A stretch of 63,877 bases of DNA, filler included, from Lama guanicoe (GCA_013239625.1; 203 parts of 203 records of this genome joined end to end with filler, not necessarily neighbours in it); one strand, 5' to 3'. Shown: positions 1-12,815, numbered from the whole stretch's first letter. Program-made: numbers and translations. Notes: generated by a model not told the origin, from the sequence alone.

Positions 1-315
1 AATTCTCAGAGACATAGTCTTCCCATTTTCTTGTAGACTCTGTGGCCCCCCACTTCCAGAGAGGGAGAAGTTGCCACTTTGAGAAATAAGGCTATTCAGC
101 ATTCAGGGAAAGGGACACTGTAAAACGAGACGAGGCAACCCCTGCAGAGACCTGGAAACGATTTTTCTCTCCCAAAACACAATTAATCAATTTTGTCCAA
201 AGAAGTGGAATCAATNNNNNNNNNNNNNNNNNNNNNNNNNNNNNNNNNNNNNNNNNNNNTTAATTAATTAANNNNNNNNNNNNNNNNNNNNNNNNNNNNN
301 NNNNNNNNNNNNNNN

Positions 316-367
316 ATACCAGAAACTAACACAATGTTGCAAATCAACTACACTTCAATAAAAAAAT
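316..367 (+). mobile_element. LINE-1 extreme 3' end with A-tail
   Basis: gaaactaacacaatgttgcaaatcaactacacttcaataaaaaaa resembles laurasiatherian L1 3' termini. Confidence 0.75.
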
Positions 368-630
368 AATTTTCAAAAAATGAAAATAAAACTGATGTGG
401 AAATCTTGAGGTAAAATAGTAAAGTAGTGAAACACAGAATTCCATCCCCCTGTAAAGCACTGTTTAAACTAAAAACATTTTTCTCAGAATCAAGTTTTTC
501 AGAACTCTGCAATCTAACAAAAAATCTGGANNNNNNNNNNNNNNNNNNNNNNNNNNNNNNNNNNNNNNNNNNNNTTAATTAATTAANNNNNNNNNNNNNN
601 NNNNNNNNNNNNNNNNNNNNNNNNNNNNNN

Positions 631-845
631 TCTTGCTGGCTGAGAAGAAGCCACGCTGATCCCTAGAACTACAAGGAAATGAATTTGGCCCGCATCCATG
701 TGAGCCTGGAAGAGGACCCTGAGCCTTGGATAAGAATGAGGACTCACCTGCTACCTTTACTGCAGGCAGTGAGCCAGGGTCTCAGAGGACCAGCAAAGCC
801 ATGGCCAGACAGCTGACCCACTGAAAACGTAAGGTCATAAATGTG
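631..845 (+). mobile_element. MaLR LTR fragment (MLT1-type)
   Basis: acaaggaaatgaattt...tgagcctggaagaggaccctgagcc...cagaggaccagcaaagccatggccagac...ataaatgtg follows MLT1 consensus order. Confidence 0.75.
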
Positions 846-1260
846 NNNNNNNNNNNNNNNNNNNNNNNNNNNNNNNNNNNNNNNNNNNNTTAATTAATTA
901 ANNNNNNNNNNNNNNNNNNNNNNNNNNNNNNNNNNNNNNNNNNNNAAAAGTTTCACTCTATAAAGGCCAGGAGAATGGCTAACACATATAAAATTTAATC
1001 CACCACAGTTTAATAAGGTTTAATTCAATGTGACAAATTGGTTTCCATTACTTATGATTTGCAAGGTACATGGGAAACCTAGAAATTACAGTAAAAAGCC
1101 AGAGAAATAGGCATTTACAGAGCATACCATTTAAAAAGAGAAATAAGGCAAATGGAATTANNNNNNNNNNNNNNNNNNNNNNNNNNNNNNNNNNNNNNNN
1201 NNNNTTAATTAATTAANNNNNNNNNNNNNNNNNNNNNNNNNNNNNNNNNNNNNNNNNNNN

Positions 1261-1475
1261 TGGCCCCGGGCAACCAAAGTTCTGCTTCCTGTCACTATAG
1301 TTTTACCTTTTCTAGAATTTCGTATCAATGAAATCAGGCAGTGTATAACCTTCGCTTCTGACTTCCTTCACTCAATATTTCGCTTTTGAAATTCATCCGT
1401 GAGATTGTGTACATCAGCAGTTCACTCCTCTTCATTACAGTGCAGTATTCCATTGTACGGATAGACCATGACTTG
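1261..1475 (-). mobile_element. Old L1 (L1M) 3' UTR fragment
   Basis: ggcaacca...ctgtcactatag...ttctagaatttc...ttcactcaat...attcatcc...gtattccattgtacggata. Confidence 0.8.
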
Positions 1476-2835
1476 NNNNNNNNNNNNNNNNNNNNNNNNN
1501 NNNNNNNNNNNNNNNNNNNTTAATTAATTAANNNNNNNNNNNNNNNNNNNNNNNNNNNNNNNNNNNNNNNNNNNNTTTAAGATCCTGCTGTTCTGTTGTT
1601 CCTCCAGCCATGGCGTCCCACACCCAGTCAGCCTACCTCTTACCCCACTCCACAGGTCTTGTCTGGTTGCCCCTTGTGTTTTCCAGAGTTTAGGGCTGTT
1701 AATCTAGCAGAAAGGGGCAAGGAGAAAAGGCTTTATGCCATCTCATCCAGACCGGAAGTCTTCAGACATTACGTTTTGAAAGGAAGTGCCNNNNNNNNNN
1801 NNNNNNNNNNNNNNNNNNNNNNNNNNNNNNNNNNTTAATTAATTAANNNNNNNNNNNNNNNNNNNNNNNNNNNNNNNNNNNNNNNNNNNNGTCTTAATCG
1901 AGACTATCCCCTCAAGGACTTGGCAGACTTAAAAAGCACGTATAAACAATATACACATTCCATTTACTCTGAAACTGAACCCCTTGTGGAATACAAATTA
2001 GCACCTAACCCCCCCTACAGCCCGCCTCTCCTACAGGGTAGTGGTAAGGGTGTGCCGAGAACGTACAGTTTGCTGTCCAGCATCGGTAGCAGCCTTTTCA
2101 GCAGGNNNNNNNNNNNNNNNNNNNNNNNNNNNNNNNNNNNNNNNNNNNNTTAATTAATTAANNNNNNNNNNNNNNNNNNNNNNNNNNNNNNNNNNNNNNN
2201 NNNNNATCCCTCAGGCCAGGCACCAGCTCTAAGTCAGCGCTTCTGCTTAAGCGCGTCAGAACCCCGCCCACTCGGAGGGACACCTGCTGCCCCCTCACAC
2301 TCAAACCCAGCTCTCGCTCCTGCTCTTAAGGCCACTAGACGTTTCAACTGCAAAACGGCCAGACATGTCCAGTTTAACTAACTCTATCACGGACTAGCAG
2401 GAAAAGGAGAGAGAGAGAGANNNNNNNNNNNNNNNNNNNNNNNNNNNNNNNNNNNNNNNNNNNNTTAATTAATTAANNNNNNNNNNNNNNNNNNNNNNNN
2501 NNNNNNNNNNNNNNNNNNNNTGTTCATGTCCGCCTTACAGACATGTAAGAACTTGAATTACACCTGCATACTCTAGACCTTTAAAATTGGATGTGAAGCA
2601 CCCTAAGAGATTAAAAAAAAACTCCTACCCAGTCACAGAACATCTTACAGACATCACATTAATGCCACTAAATACATTAGTATAGCCCATGTATGGTTGA
2701 GTTACATCTCCAATTTCTCAGAGCTGGAAAGGAGANNNNNNNNNNNNNNNNNNNNNNNNNNNNNNNNNNNNNNNNNNNNTTAATTAATTAANNNNNNNNN
2801 NNNNNNNNNNNNNNNNNNNNNNNNNNNNNNNNNNN

Positions 2836-3050
2836 AAATTTGGTGTCTGGTGAGAACCTGCTTCCTGGTTCATAGATAACTGTCTTCTCGCTGTGTCCTC
2901 ACATGGCAGAAGGGGTGAGGGAGCTCTCTAGGGCGTCTTTTATAAGGGCACTAATTCCATATCAGTATCTCATAAGGGTGGAGCCCTCATGACCTAATTA
3001 CCTCCCAAAGCTCCCACCTCCCAATAGCATCACCTTGGGGGTTAGGATTT
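2836..3050. mobile_element. MaLR LTR fragment (MLT1A-like)
   Basis: tggtgtctggtgag...gctgtgtcctcacatggcagaagggg...ttttataagggcactaat...ccctcatgacctaattacctcccaaag. Confidence 0.85.
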
Positions 3051-3150
3051 NNNNNNNNNNNNNNNNNNNNNNNNNNNNNNNNNNNNNNNNNNNNTTAATT
3101 AATTAANNNNNNNNNNNNNNNNNNNNNNNNNNNNNNNNNNNNNNNNNNNN

Positions 3151-3317
3151 CTCTGCCTTTTTACTTCTCCTTTGAAGGCGCTAACTGATTTCTGTCTCTG
3201 CCACTGATTAGTGAGTCAAATAAAACTTCTGACACGTGTTCATTTCCTGTTTTTGCGACAATCACGATTAAGAACTCCTGCGGTGGGGCCTGGGGTCGCA
3301 TCACCGACCCCCTGCAC
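3151..3317 (+). mobile_element. Possible ERV LTR R/U5 end
   Basis: AATAAA followed by a T-rich U5-like stretch ending ...gaccccctgca. Confidence 0.35.
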
Positions 3318-3466
3318 GTCCTCGTCCACCTCTACCACCGAGACAGGCATCGCCCCCTCACTTGTNNNNNNNNNNNNNNNNNNNNNNNNNNNNNNNNNNN
3401 NNNNNNNNNTTAATTAATTAANNNNNNNNNNNNNNNNNNNNNNNNNNNNNNNNNNNNNNNNNNNNG

Positions 3467-3680
<214 letters not shown>

Positions 3681-4415
3681 NNNNNNNNNNNNNNNNNNNN
3701 NNNNNNNNNNNNNNNNNNNNNNNNTTAATTAATTAANNNNNNNNNNNNNNNNNNNNNNNNNNNNNNNNNNNNNNNNNNNNGATCCTGTCCCTCAGTGGAG
3801 AGGGACACTGCCCACACTCAAGGACATTACCCGGGGAAATATACTTTTGCAACTGTTGGGACAGAAGTTGCAACACAACACGGTGCATTTGCAATAAACA
3901 CGAAGAACCCAGCTCTTTCAGGAAGAATTCACGGGAAACATAATACGAGCTTTACAGGAAAGAATGAAAACCATTTTAAGGAGCAGGAAATACAGNNNNN
4001 NNNNNNNNNNNNNNNNNNNNNNNNNNNNNNNNNNNNNNNTTAATTAATTAANNNNNNNNNNNNNNNNNNNNNNNNNNNNNNNNNNNNNNNNNNNNAAGAG
4101 AGTTGTTGCTGTGACTGGAAAGACATGAGGTGGACATTCAGGGTTAGGAGAGGCCAGGGTCCGAGCCAGTTTATTCAACTCAAGAGCCTCAGAGTAACCA
4201 TCTCTTCAATGTTGCATTTAATACCTACCTCAGGAAAAATAAGTGAGATCATTTATATATGGTAAAACATGCTAGGTCTCAAACACATTATGTTAGATTG
4301 CCATAACAATNNNNNNNNNNNNNNNNNNNNNNNNNNNNNNNNNNNNNNNNNNNNTTAATTAATTAANNNNNNNNNNNNNNNNNNNNNNNNNNNNNNNNNN
4401 NNNNNNNNNNAATAG

Positions 4416-4553
4416 TGTGGCTGCAGCTTGAAAGCTGAGGTGATCCTGAAGGTGTTGATAGTTGGAGGCTGTCAAGAAACTATTCCTTACAGCTGAATAG
4501 GAACCATTCTCTATGATAGGAGATCTGAGTGGTATCTCTCCGTGGCGGCCACA
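4416..4553. mobile_element. MaLR LTR fragment (MLT1F/G-like)
   Basis: ggaggctgtca...cagctg...ggagatctgagtggtatctctccgtggcggccaca resembles an MLT1 terminus. Confidence 0.6.
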
Positions 4554-5040
4554 AGTGGTATTTTAAGGAAGCTAGATTAGAAAATCCTGACAGTGACATA
4601 TTCATATGAATAGTCCCAATCAATCNNNNNNNNNNNNNNNNNNNNNNNNNNNNNNNNNNNNNNNNNNNNTTAATTAATTAANNNNNNNNNNNNNNNNNNN
4701 NNNNNNNNNNNNNNNNNNNNNNNNNAAAATCTGCTTCCACATGGAAGATAAAAAGTGTGTGACTTCCAATCACTCGGTACCATGTTGTTTTTACCCACTC
4801 TGGTTAATCAAAGCACATAACATATTCAACCAGGGCAAAGAACCAAATGCACAACATCCACTCACACTAGTCTTAGTGGTCCTTGCCCGTTGGACAACGA
4901 TCAAGTTCACGTTAACAATGACACCTCCCTAAAGAAAGATNNNNNNNNNNNNNNNNNNNNNNNNNNNNNNNNNNNNNNNNNNNNTTAATTAATTAANNNN
5001 NNNNNNNNNNNNNNNNNNNNNNNNNNNNNNNNNNNNNNNN

Positions 5041-5240
5041 GGCAGTAGACATAGGAAAAATGTCACCACTGGATGCTCTTAACCAACCACTTCTAAGAAT
5101 CAAGGGTCTAGGAATTGTGTATATGACACTTTAGAACGTTTTTGGCAAATTGGTGGGTCTCGTGAGATGGGCTGGCTGCTCCTATGGTGTCACTGGATGA
5201 TGAGAGGAAAGAAAAGGAAGAGCTCAGGGATTGGAATTTG
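5041..5240 (+). mobile_element. ERVL internal (gag-region) fossil
   Basis: tatatgacactttagaacgtttttgg...gggctggctgctccta...gtcactggat...gaaagaaaaggaagagctcagggatt resembles ERVL-int gag. Confidence 0.65.
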
Positions 5241-5734
5241 ATACACATTGGTGTCNNNNNNNNNNNNNNNNNNNNNNNNNNNNNNNNNNNNNNNNNNNNT
5301 TAATTAATTAANNNNNNNNNNNNNNNNNNNNNNNNNNNNNNNNNNNNNNNNNNNNCATTAGACATCAGACTAACAATCTAATCTAACTTAAAAATTAGAA
5401 AGTTAGGGTTTAGGAGTGCATTAATCAGCGTAGAGAATTATTACAATGATGTATGGGGGTGGGGATACAGATCAGACCATCCAAAATCAGGCTGTAGAAT
5501 CTTGGAATGTCTTGAAAGTTTCCAGGTGAATTGAAGCCTAACTAAGAGTTGGGGCGTGGGGAAGGCAGAGNNNNNNNNNNNNNNNNNNNNNNNNNNNNNN
5601 NNNNNNNNNNNNNNTTAATTAATTAANNNNNNNNNNNNNNNNNNNNNNNNNNNNNNNNNNNNNNNNNNNNGACAGGGGCACGCACATGTCTAAAGCAAGG
5701 TCCTGGAGCGACCCCACACTGGGTGTGGCAGACA

Positions 5735-5885
5735 TGTTGCCAGTGACTGGGTTCTTGCCCCATCCCAGGAAGAATTCAGAGACAAGACTCGGAGGTTAGG
5801 AAAGTAAACAGAGGATTTATTCAGGAATGGAATAACCTCCCAAGGGGTGGGCGGGCAGGCTCAGGTGAGCAGCTGCCCTGAGTTT
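5735..5885 (-). mobile_element. ERV LTR 3' end in antisense
   Basis: Abrupt tgttgccag start (CA terminus on minus), gggttcttg...aagaattca, and tttatt (AATAAA on minus) ~85 bp inside. Confidence 0.55.
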
Positions 5886-6388
5886 NNNNNNNNNNNNNNN
5901 NNNNNNNNNNNNNNNNNNNNNNNNNNNNNTTAATTAATTAANNNNNNNNNNNNNNNNNNNNNNNNNNNNNNNNNNNNNNNNNNNNGCCTGGGGCTCCGGG
6001 CTGCAGATCCCGTGCCTCAGCTGCTGCTGCTGCTTGGAGAGGTCGGAGAGCCCTGCATCAGCTGCTCTGCAGGACCAGCCTCCTGCACAGGCAAATGCTG
6101 GTTCTTCCCCACCAGGGGACTGGGGCTTGGAGCATCCTGGTCCCTCCTCCGAGGCTGTCCCTGCAGTGAGGCTTGTGCCTCTGGCTACCGGGCTGAACAC
6201 NNNNNNNNNNNNNNNNNNNNNNNNNNNNNNNNNNNNNNNNNNNNTTAATTAATTAANNNNNNNNNNNNNNNNNNNNNNNNNNNNNNNNNNNNNNNNNNNN
6301 AAGCAGTAATTTATTATTTCTTTTTTTAATAAACATTGACTGTATTCTGTAATTTTTAATTACTCGGGTGACTCTTTGTCTTCTGCCA

Positions 6389-6500
6389 CTAGGCTGTAAG
6401 CTGTCAAACGATAGGGCGTATCATTTTTCTCACATTTTTATTACCAATGCCTGGCCACAGCAGATGCTCTATAAACACATTCTAAACGAATGAACGAATG
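6389..6500 (+). mobile_element. L2 3' end
   Basis: ctaggctgtaagct...aatgcctggccacagcagatgctctataaac...gaatgaacgaatg with (GAAT)-like tail. Confidence 0.65.
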
Positions 6501-7389
6501 GGTAGTGGACACTTTNNNNNNNNNNNNNNNNNNNNNNNNNNNNNNNNNNNNNNNNNNNNTTAATTAATTAANNNNNNNNNNNNNNNNNNNNNNNNNNNNN
6601 NNNNNNNNNNNNNNNTTTTTTTTATAATTCCTTGCTTTGAAAAAAAACCTTTTCATTAATAAATCAATAGTTACCTACTGATCCAGTCATACATAAGGAT
6701 ATTTACAGTACAATTTAAGTAAACACAGTGTCTTTCCAAACAAGTGCAGCTTTGAGACAAGTCTCTTAGTCTCCGTTTTTCCTCTGATCTCTACCACTTG
6801 TTTTGCTAAACCTATAACCCTCCTACACAGNNNNNNNNNNNNNNNNNNNNNNNNNNNNNNNNNNNNNNNNNNNNTTAATTAATTAANNNNNNNNNNNNNN
6901 NNNNNNNNNNNNNNNNNNNNNNNNNNNNNNGAGAGGGAGGAGAAGTAGCTGCAAAGGAGTCTTGTGAAAGTTGCCCGAGCAAGCAGGAGGGCTGGGACCG
7001 GCCCAGGTAGGAGGGCCGGGCTCTGCCAGGCCTGAGGGCAGCCTTCGGCTCTGCCGTGCTGTGAGCTGTGGGTCCGTGAGGGGGACACTGAGGTGTCTGA
7101 GGTAGGTTCTCTTGCCGGGGAAGCAGGGACAATGATGCTGTCTGTNNNNNNNNNNNNNNNNNNNNNNNNNNNNNNNNNNNNNNNNNNNNTTAATTAATTA
7201 ANNNNNNNNNNNNNNNNNNNNNNNNNNNNNNNNNNNNNNNNNNNNGTTCAGCTAGACCATCCATCTCCCTTCCCTGCAGAGGCTCTGTGCTGCAATCGGG
7301 GGAGAGTAGGGAAAGGGGTGGGTGTCAGCCGGGAGAGCTTTTTGCTTTGTTTAAGGTTGTTGGAGAACCAGATCTCTCTAAAATATGGG

Positions 7390-7460
7390 CTGAGCACCCC
7401 AAGTGCCCAGCGCTGTGCTAGCCACCCCCAGAATACAGAGATGAGGAGACCTGGTTTCTG
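7390..7460 (-). mobile_element. L2 3' end fragment
   Basis: ctgagcacc...gtgcccagcgctgtgctag...gaatacagagatgaggagacctggtttctg. Confidence 0.5.
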
Positions 7461-8190
7461 NNNNNNNNNNNNNNNNNNNNNNNNNNNNNNNNNNNNNNNN
7501 NNNNTTAATTAATTAANNNNNNNNNNNNNNNNNNNNNNNNNNNNNNNNNNNNNNNNNNNNTAACTCTATCCCCTTTTATCAGTGTAAATTTATTTGCACC
7601 AAACATAGGTAGGCATTAGAGATCAAATCTTTGCCATTTCATGGTTGAGATCCTTTTCCTTAAAATTGACAGGATATATGTAGTAGTTTGCTGCCTTCAA
7701 TGAATGTATATATAACAGTTTTTAACGATTATGTAAATGTGTCAATTTATTATAAAATCTAGGGTTACCTATATANNNNNNNNNNNNNNNNNNNNNNNNN
7801 NNNNNNNNNNNNNNNNNNNTTAATTAATTAANNNNNNNNNNNNNNNNNNNNNNNNNNNNNNNNNNNNNNNNNNNNGTATGTGCTGATCCCTGGGCGCCCT
7901 CTGGGGTCCGGGGAGAACAAAGCTTGGAGGTGGCACAGTGTGGCCCACGGAGGCTGGAGCTGGAACCCCTCAACCCTCATTTCACACAGACCGAGGTCAC
8001 CTCCAGAGGTGTTTGCCTCTGGACGCCTCTGCCTGCCCCGCGCCCAGGCCAGCTGGCATCTTCAGGCAGAAGGTGCAGGCGCTCAGGCTGNNNNNNNNNN
8101 NNNNNNNNNNNNNNNNNNNNNNNNNNNNNNNNNNTTAATTAATTAANNNNNNNNNNNNNNNNNNNNNNNNNNNNNNNNNNNNNNNNNNNN

Positions 8191-8335
8191 TCTCCCTGAA
8201 CTCTACCCAGAGTCCAACAATCTACCCAGAATAGGTAAACAGGCATCTCAGTTTACTATGTTCAAATCACAACTCTAAAACCTAACACTTGCTTGCTCCA
8301 GCCTTCCCTTTCCAATAAAAGACACCACCATCAAG
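8191..8335 (+). mobile_element. L2 fragment
   Basis: tctccctgaactc...aacaggcatctcagtttactatgttcaaatcacaactc...gacaccaccatc. Confidence 0.6.
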
Positions 8336-10080
8336 CTGGTTGATAAAGAAAACAAACACAACCCTTATTTTTCCTTTCCTTCGCTCCTAAATCTGCTTCA
8401 ATACANNNNNNNNNNNNNNNNNNNNNNNNNNNNNNNNNNNNNNNNNNNNTTAATTAATTAANNNNNNNNNNNNNNNNNNNNNNNNNNNNNNNNNNNNNNN
8501 NNNNNTTAATGGAGTGCCTGTTCTGGGCCAGATTTTATTCAAGTGCTTTATATTAGGTAATAAAACTAAGATCAGAAAAAGTGGAGCACAGTTTTTTTTC
8601 CTGGAAAAATAAACACTGTCCTCAGACTAATTTTTAAATTACAAGCAGTGAAATTCTATTTCACAATTACTATACAAATAATACTTCAGCTCCATGAAGT
8701 TAAAACCTTGGCAGTTAAAANNNNNNNNNNNNNNNNNNNNNNNNNNNNNNNNNNNNNNNNNNNNTTAATTAATTAANNNNNNNNNNNNNNNNNNNNNNNN
8801 NNNNNNNNNNNNNNNNNNNNGGGACAGGCACCTCTTCTGGCTTGTTGGGGGAGGGAGGGGCAGGCCGGCTGGAGGGCGGGTGGGGCCCCAGTTGTGTCAG
8901 CCAGTGGGTGGAGTCACCCAGGCCAAGAGCAGGAAGCGAGGTGACTCAAGTGGCAGAGCCTCGCCATCCCCTCAAGCCACTCAGGGCAGGGCAGGGCAGG
9001 GGTTGCTCGGAGACCCAGCTCCAGAATACAAGAATNNNNNNNNNNNNNNNNNNNNNNNNNNNNNNNNNNNNNNNNNNNNTTAATTAATTAANNNNNNNNN
9101 NNNNNNNNNNNNNNNNNNNNNNNNNNNNNNNNNNNCTGCAGGGTGGACAGACATACCTCCTCTCTCACCGTGTGTGGTTTTGTGGGAGGCGGCACCAGGA
9201 ATTTAGCCTGAGCCCCGTCCGCAGGTGTAGAGGTGGGAAGAGAGAGGATGTGTTTCTACGCCATGTGGCTCGGCTCTCCAGGCCACTTCCCAGGAGGAGG
9301 CTCAGTGTGTATCTTCAGAGGGGACATGAGGGATGGTGCCCAGCCAGGTGNNNNNNNNNNNNNNNNNNNNNNNNNNNNNNNNNNNNNNNNNNNNTTAATT
9401 AATTAANNNNNNNNNNNNNNNNNNNNNNNNNNNNNNNNNNNNNNNNNNNNATTTGGCAGCTCGGATCTTGGTCTCAGAATCAACTGTGGGGATATTTTAT
9501 GCTGATTTCTTTCAGTTCTATCAGCCAAGCATGTACTGTGCACTCTTATAACACTCAGAGTATCACCTTCAATCCCATGTCTCCAGTCTGCTTGAGAGTA
9601 TGCGTCCAAGTTAAACAGTTTCACCTTTGCTGCTCCATCACCAGGGGTCAGACCCTGCACTGGCTNNNNNNNNNNNNNNNNNNNNNNNNNNNNNNNNNNN
9701 NNNNNNNNNTTAATTAATTAANNNNNNNNNNNNNNNNNNNNNNNNNNNNNNNNNNNNNNNNNNNNAGAACGATGCCTGCTGGGAGGAGAGGGGTCAGAGA
9801 AGGAGAGGGATGCCCGGAGGGGACCTGGGGGAGCTTTGGGGTGGGGTGTGCTTTGTAACTCCTCCCACTGAGCACCTATGAGGCCTTCGTAAAGACCCAG
9901 TGATTTCCCGGACCTTTTTAATGGGTAGGTTTGTGTTTATTCTGAGGGTGCCCCTTATGCTGAGATAAGCCTTAAGGTAANNNNNNNNNNNNNNNNNNNN
10001 NNNNNNNNNNNNNNNNNNNNNNNNTTAATTAATTAANNNNNNNNNNNNNNNNNNNNNNNNNNNNNNNNNNNNNNNNNNNN

Positions 10081-10295
10081 GCCGGAGTTCTCTTCCGGCC
10101 GTTGTCCTTAGTTACCCCCTCCCTCGCCCGGAGCACCTGACAATGGCGTTGCCCAGGGAACGGGGCGGTTCCACGCTGCTGACCTCCAGGGGATAAAGTC
10201 GAGTGAGTCCTTCACAAGGGCTGGGGAACTGGGCTTTGTACGGGCGATTTGTGCTGCCAGAATACACCATCGACCCCGGCCCTCGCCGGGGACTT
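10081..10295. promoter_or_regulatory. CpG-rich promoter-like fragment with X-box-like and GC-box motifs
   Basis: Many CpGs; GTTGCCCAGGGAAC at 10148-10161 directly followed by GGGGCGG. Confidence 0.35.
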
Positions 10296-10710
10296 NNNNN
10301 NNNNNNNNNNNNNNNNNNNNNNNNNNNNNNNNNNNNNNNTTAATTAATTAANNNNNNNNNNNNNNNNNNNNNNNNNNNNNNNNNNNNNNNNNNNNAACAC
10401 ATAACAGAAGCCACAAGAGAATGGATTATAAAGATGACAAGAAAGTTTTTTCCTTCTAGTGACTGAGAAACCTCTGAGTGAAAGAATGGCAAAAAATTAA
10501 CAGTTGTAAATATACAAGAAGGTTGGCTCTTCTGTAATTTTAAAGTAGAATATTAAATTATATTTATTACTAATAGCACTGAATTATAATTTAAAACAAA
10601 AATTGACCCGNNNNNNNNNNNNNNNNNNNNNNNNNNNNNNNNNNNNNNNNNNNNTTAATTAATTAANNNNNNNNNNNNNNNNNNNNNNNNNNNNNNNNNN
10701 NNNNNNNNNN

Positions 10711-10876
10711 ATAAAGAAGTTGTGGTATATCTATACAATGGAATACCACTCAGCCATGAAAAATAAAAATAATGCCATTTTCAGCAACATAGTTGGAGAC
10801 AGAGATTGTCATTCTAAGTGAAGTAAGCCAGAAAGAGCAAGAAAAATACTGTATGATATCACTCATATGTGGAATC
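10711..10876 (+). mobile_element. L1 ORF2 C-terminus / 3' UTR start
   Basis: ataaagaagttgtggtatatctatacaatggaatac...attctaagtgaagtaagccagaaagag...atatcactcatatgtggaatc. Confidence 0.9.
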
Positions 10877-10925
10877 GAAAGAAAGAAAGAAAGAGAGAAA
10901 GAAAGAAAGAGAGAAAGAAAGAAAG
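10877..10925 (+). repeat. (GAAA)n microsatellite at contig end
   Basis: Seen directly. Confidence 0.95.
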
Positions 10926-12600
10926 NNNNNNNNNNNNNNNNNNNNNNNNNNNNNNNNNNNNNNNNNNNNTTAATTAATTAANNNNNNNNNNNNNNNNNNN
11001 NNNNNNNNNNNNNNNNNNNNNNNNNCGTATTTTCTCTGAGTGATTGATCACCTCATACAGCTTTCCACCCTGAGTACAGACATGATGCTGCTTAACCATT
11101 GTGGGCACCTTTGGATGTTGCAGACAAGGGTCCTTATAAGCCTTAAAGCATCAGACAGGTATGGTATTACATGTTTACAGGGGGCCATCTTTAATGGTAG
11201 CATCTGGTAACCCAGTTTAGCTACGTCCAAGGAATTCCTCNNNNNNNNNNNNNNNNNNNNNNNNNNNNNNNNNNNNNNNNNNNNTTAATTAATTAANNNN
11301 NNNNNNNNNNNNNNNNNNNNNNNNNNNNNNNNNNNNNNNNAGTGATTCTGCAAGCTCCGCCCCTCCTGTCCTCAGCTTGCTCAAGTCCTTGTATCTGGAG
11401 TGGGCAGTTCAGATATCCCCACCACGTGCCAGACTAGAAGTCCCCTGACCCAGCTCTGCCCAGGGCTTTAGGACCCACCATGATCCTCAGGCACAAATGA
11501 CAGTATTTAGCCGTGACCAGCCCCTGAGCACCACTTGTTATCCATCTACTTTGGGNNNNNNNNNNNNNNNNNNNNNNNNNNNNNNNNNNNNNNNNNNNNT
11601 TAATTAATTAANNNNNNNNNNNNNNNNNNNNNNNNNNNNNNNNNNNNNNNNNNNNATAGGGCGTCCTGCACAAAGTACTCTGACTTCCGGTCCCAGGAAG
11701 TGACGGACAAGAGAGCATCAGGAGCGACATCTGTAAATTGTAAACCAATTGAGAAATAAAAGCCGGGAGAAAGGGGAGCACTCGGGGTCTAAGAGCCGGC
11801 CTCCCTCATGACGGGAGAATGCGAAGCTGGAGGCTAAGGTGCTTTCAGATCATCTCTAGCTATAGAGCTTNNNNNNNNNNNNNNNNNNNNNNNNNNNNNN
11901 NNNNNNNNNNNNNNTTAATTAATTAANNNNNNNNNNNNNNNNNNNNNNNNNNNNNNNNNNNNNNNNNNNNAGATGGGGGAGACGGAGGGCTGGGCCGCAG
12001 CCCTAGGACATCTGACAGACGCCAGCCCAGCAGTGGGAAGGGCTCCTTTAAGGCAGTGGGCTCCTGGTCACCGGGGGTGTCGGGGGAGAGGCTGGAAGGC
12101 CACCTCTCAGGGCCCTGCAGAGACTCCAGGCCTGGTATGGAGGGAGGGCGTGTGAGAAATTGGTGTCTCCTTCTAGCCCTGAGAGNNNNNNNNNNNNNNN
12201 NNNNNNNNNNNNNNNNNNNNNNNNNNNNNTTAATTAATTAANNNNNNNNNNNNNNNNNNNNNNNNNNNNNNNNNNNNNNNNNNNNGTCCTATATAAACCC
12301 TTCTTCTAAGAATCAATAAACAGTGAACTGCTTCACTTTGGTCCACACAGTGTTTGTGTGTATATGATATTGTGCCACTGACAGGGTAAATTTAAATCGT
12401 TGGAAGTAACTTAAAAGAATGTTGCATTATATAAAATGCTTTTTCTGCGCTTATTGAAATGATTATGTGAGTTTTATTTCTCATTCTATTAGTGTGGCAT
12501 NNNNNNNNNNNNNNNNNNNNNNNNNNNNNNNNNNNNNNNNNNNNTTAATTAATTAANNNNNNNNNNNNNNNNNNNNNNNNNNNNNNNNNNNNNNNNNNNN

Positions 12601-12815
12601 TTATTTGCTTGAAGAGTTAGCATACACACAGCACAGAATTCAAAAGGTGAGGAAGGATTCCCAGTGCAAGAGTGTCTCCTTCCCACTTATGTGTTGCCTT
12701 CCAGATCCCCTTGCTGGAGGAAACCAACTTTACTGGTGCTTAACCAGCAATACTTATGTGCAGGCCCATGGATTATACATAAACTTGTTTCATAAAATGG
12801 TAACAAAATAGACAT
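12601..12815 (-). mobile_element. Old L1ME-type 3' end
   Basis: aattcaaaaggtgaggaagg...cagtgcaagagtgtctccttcccac...gaggaaacca. Confidence 0.5.

Noticed and set aside
260..271. TTAATTAATTAA as PacI sites, piggyBac TTAA targets or homeodomain sites
   Set aside because: Always isolated between N runs at fixed offsets, so not real genomic sequence
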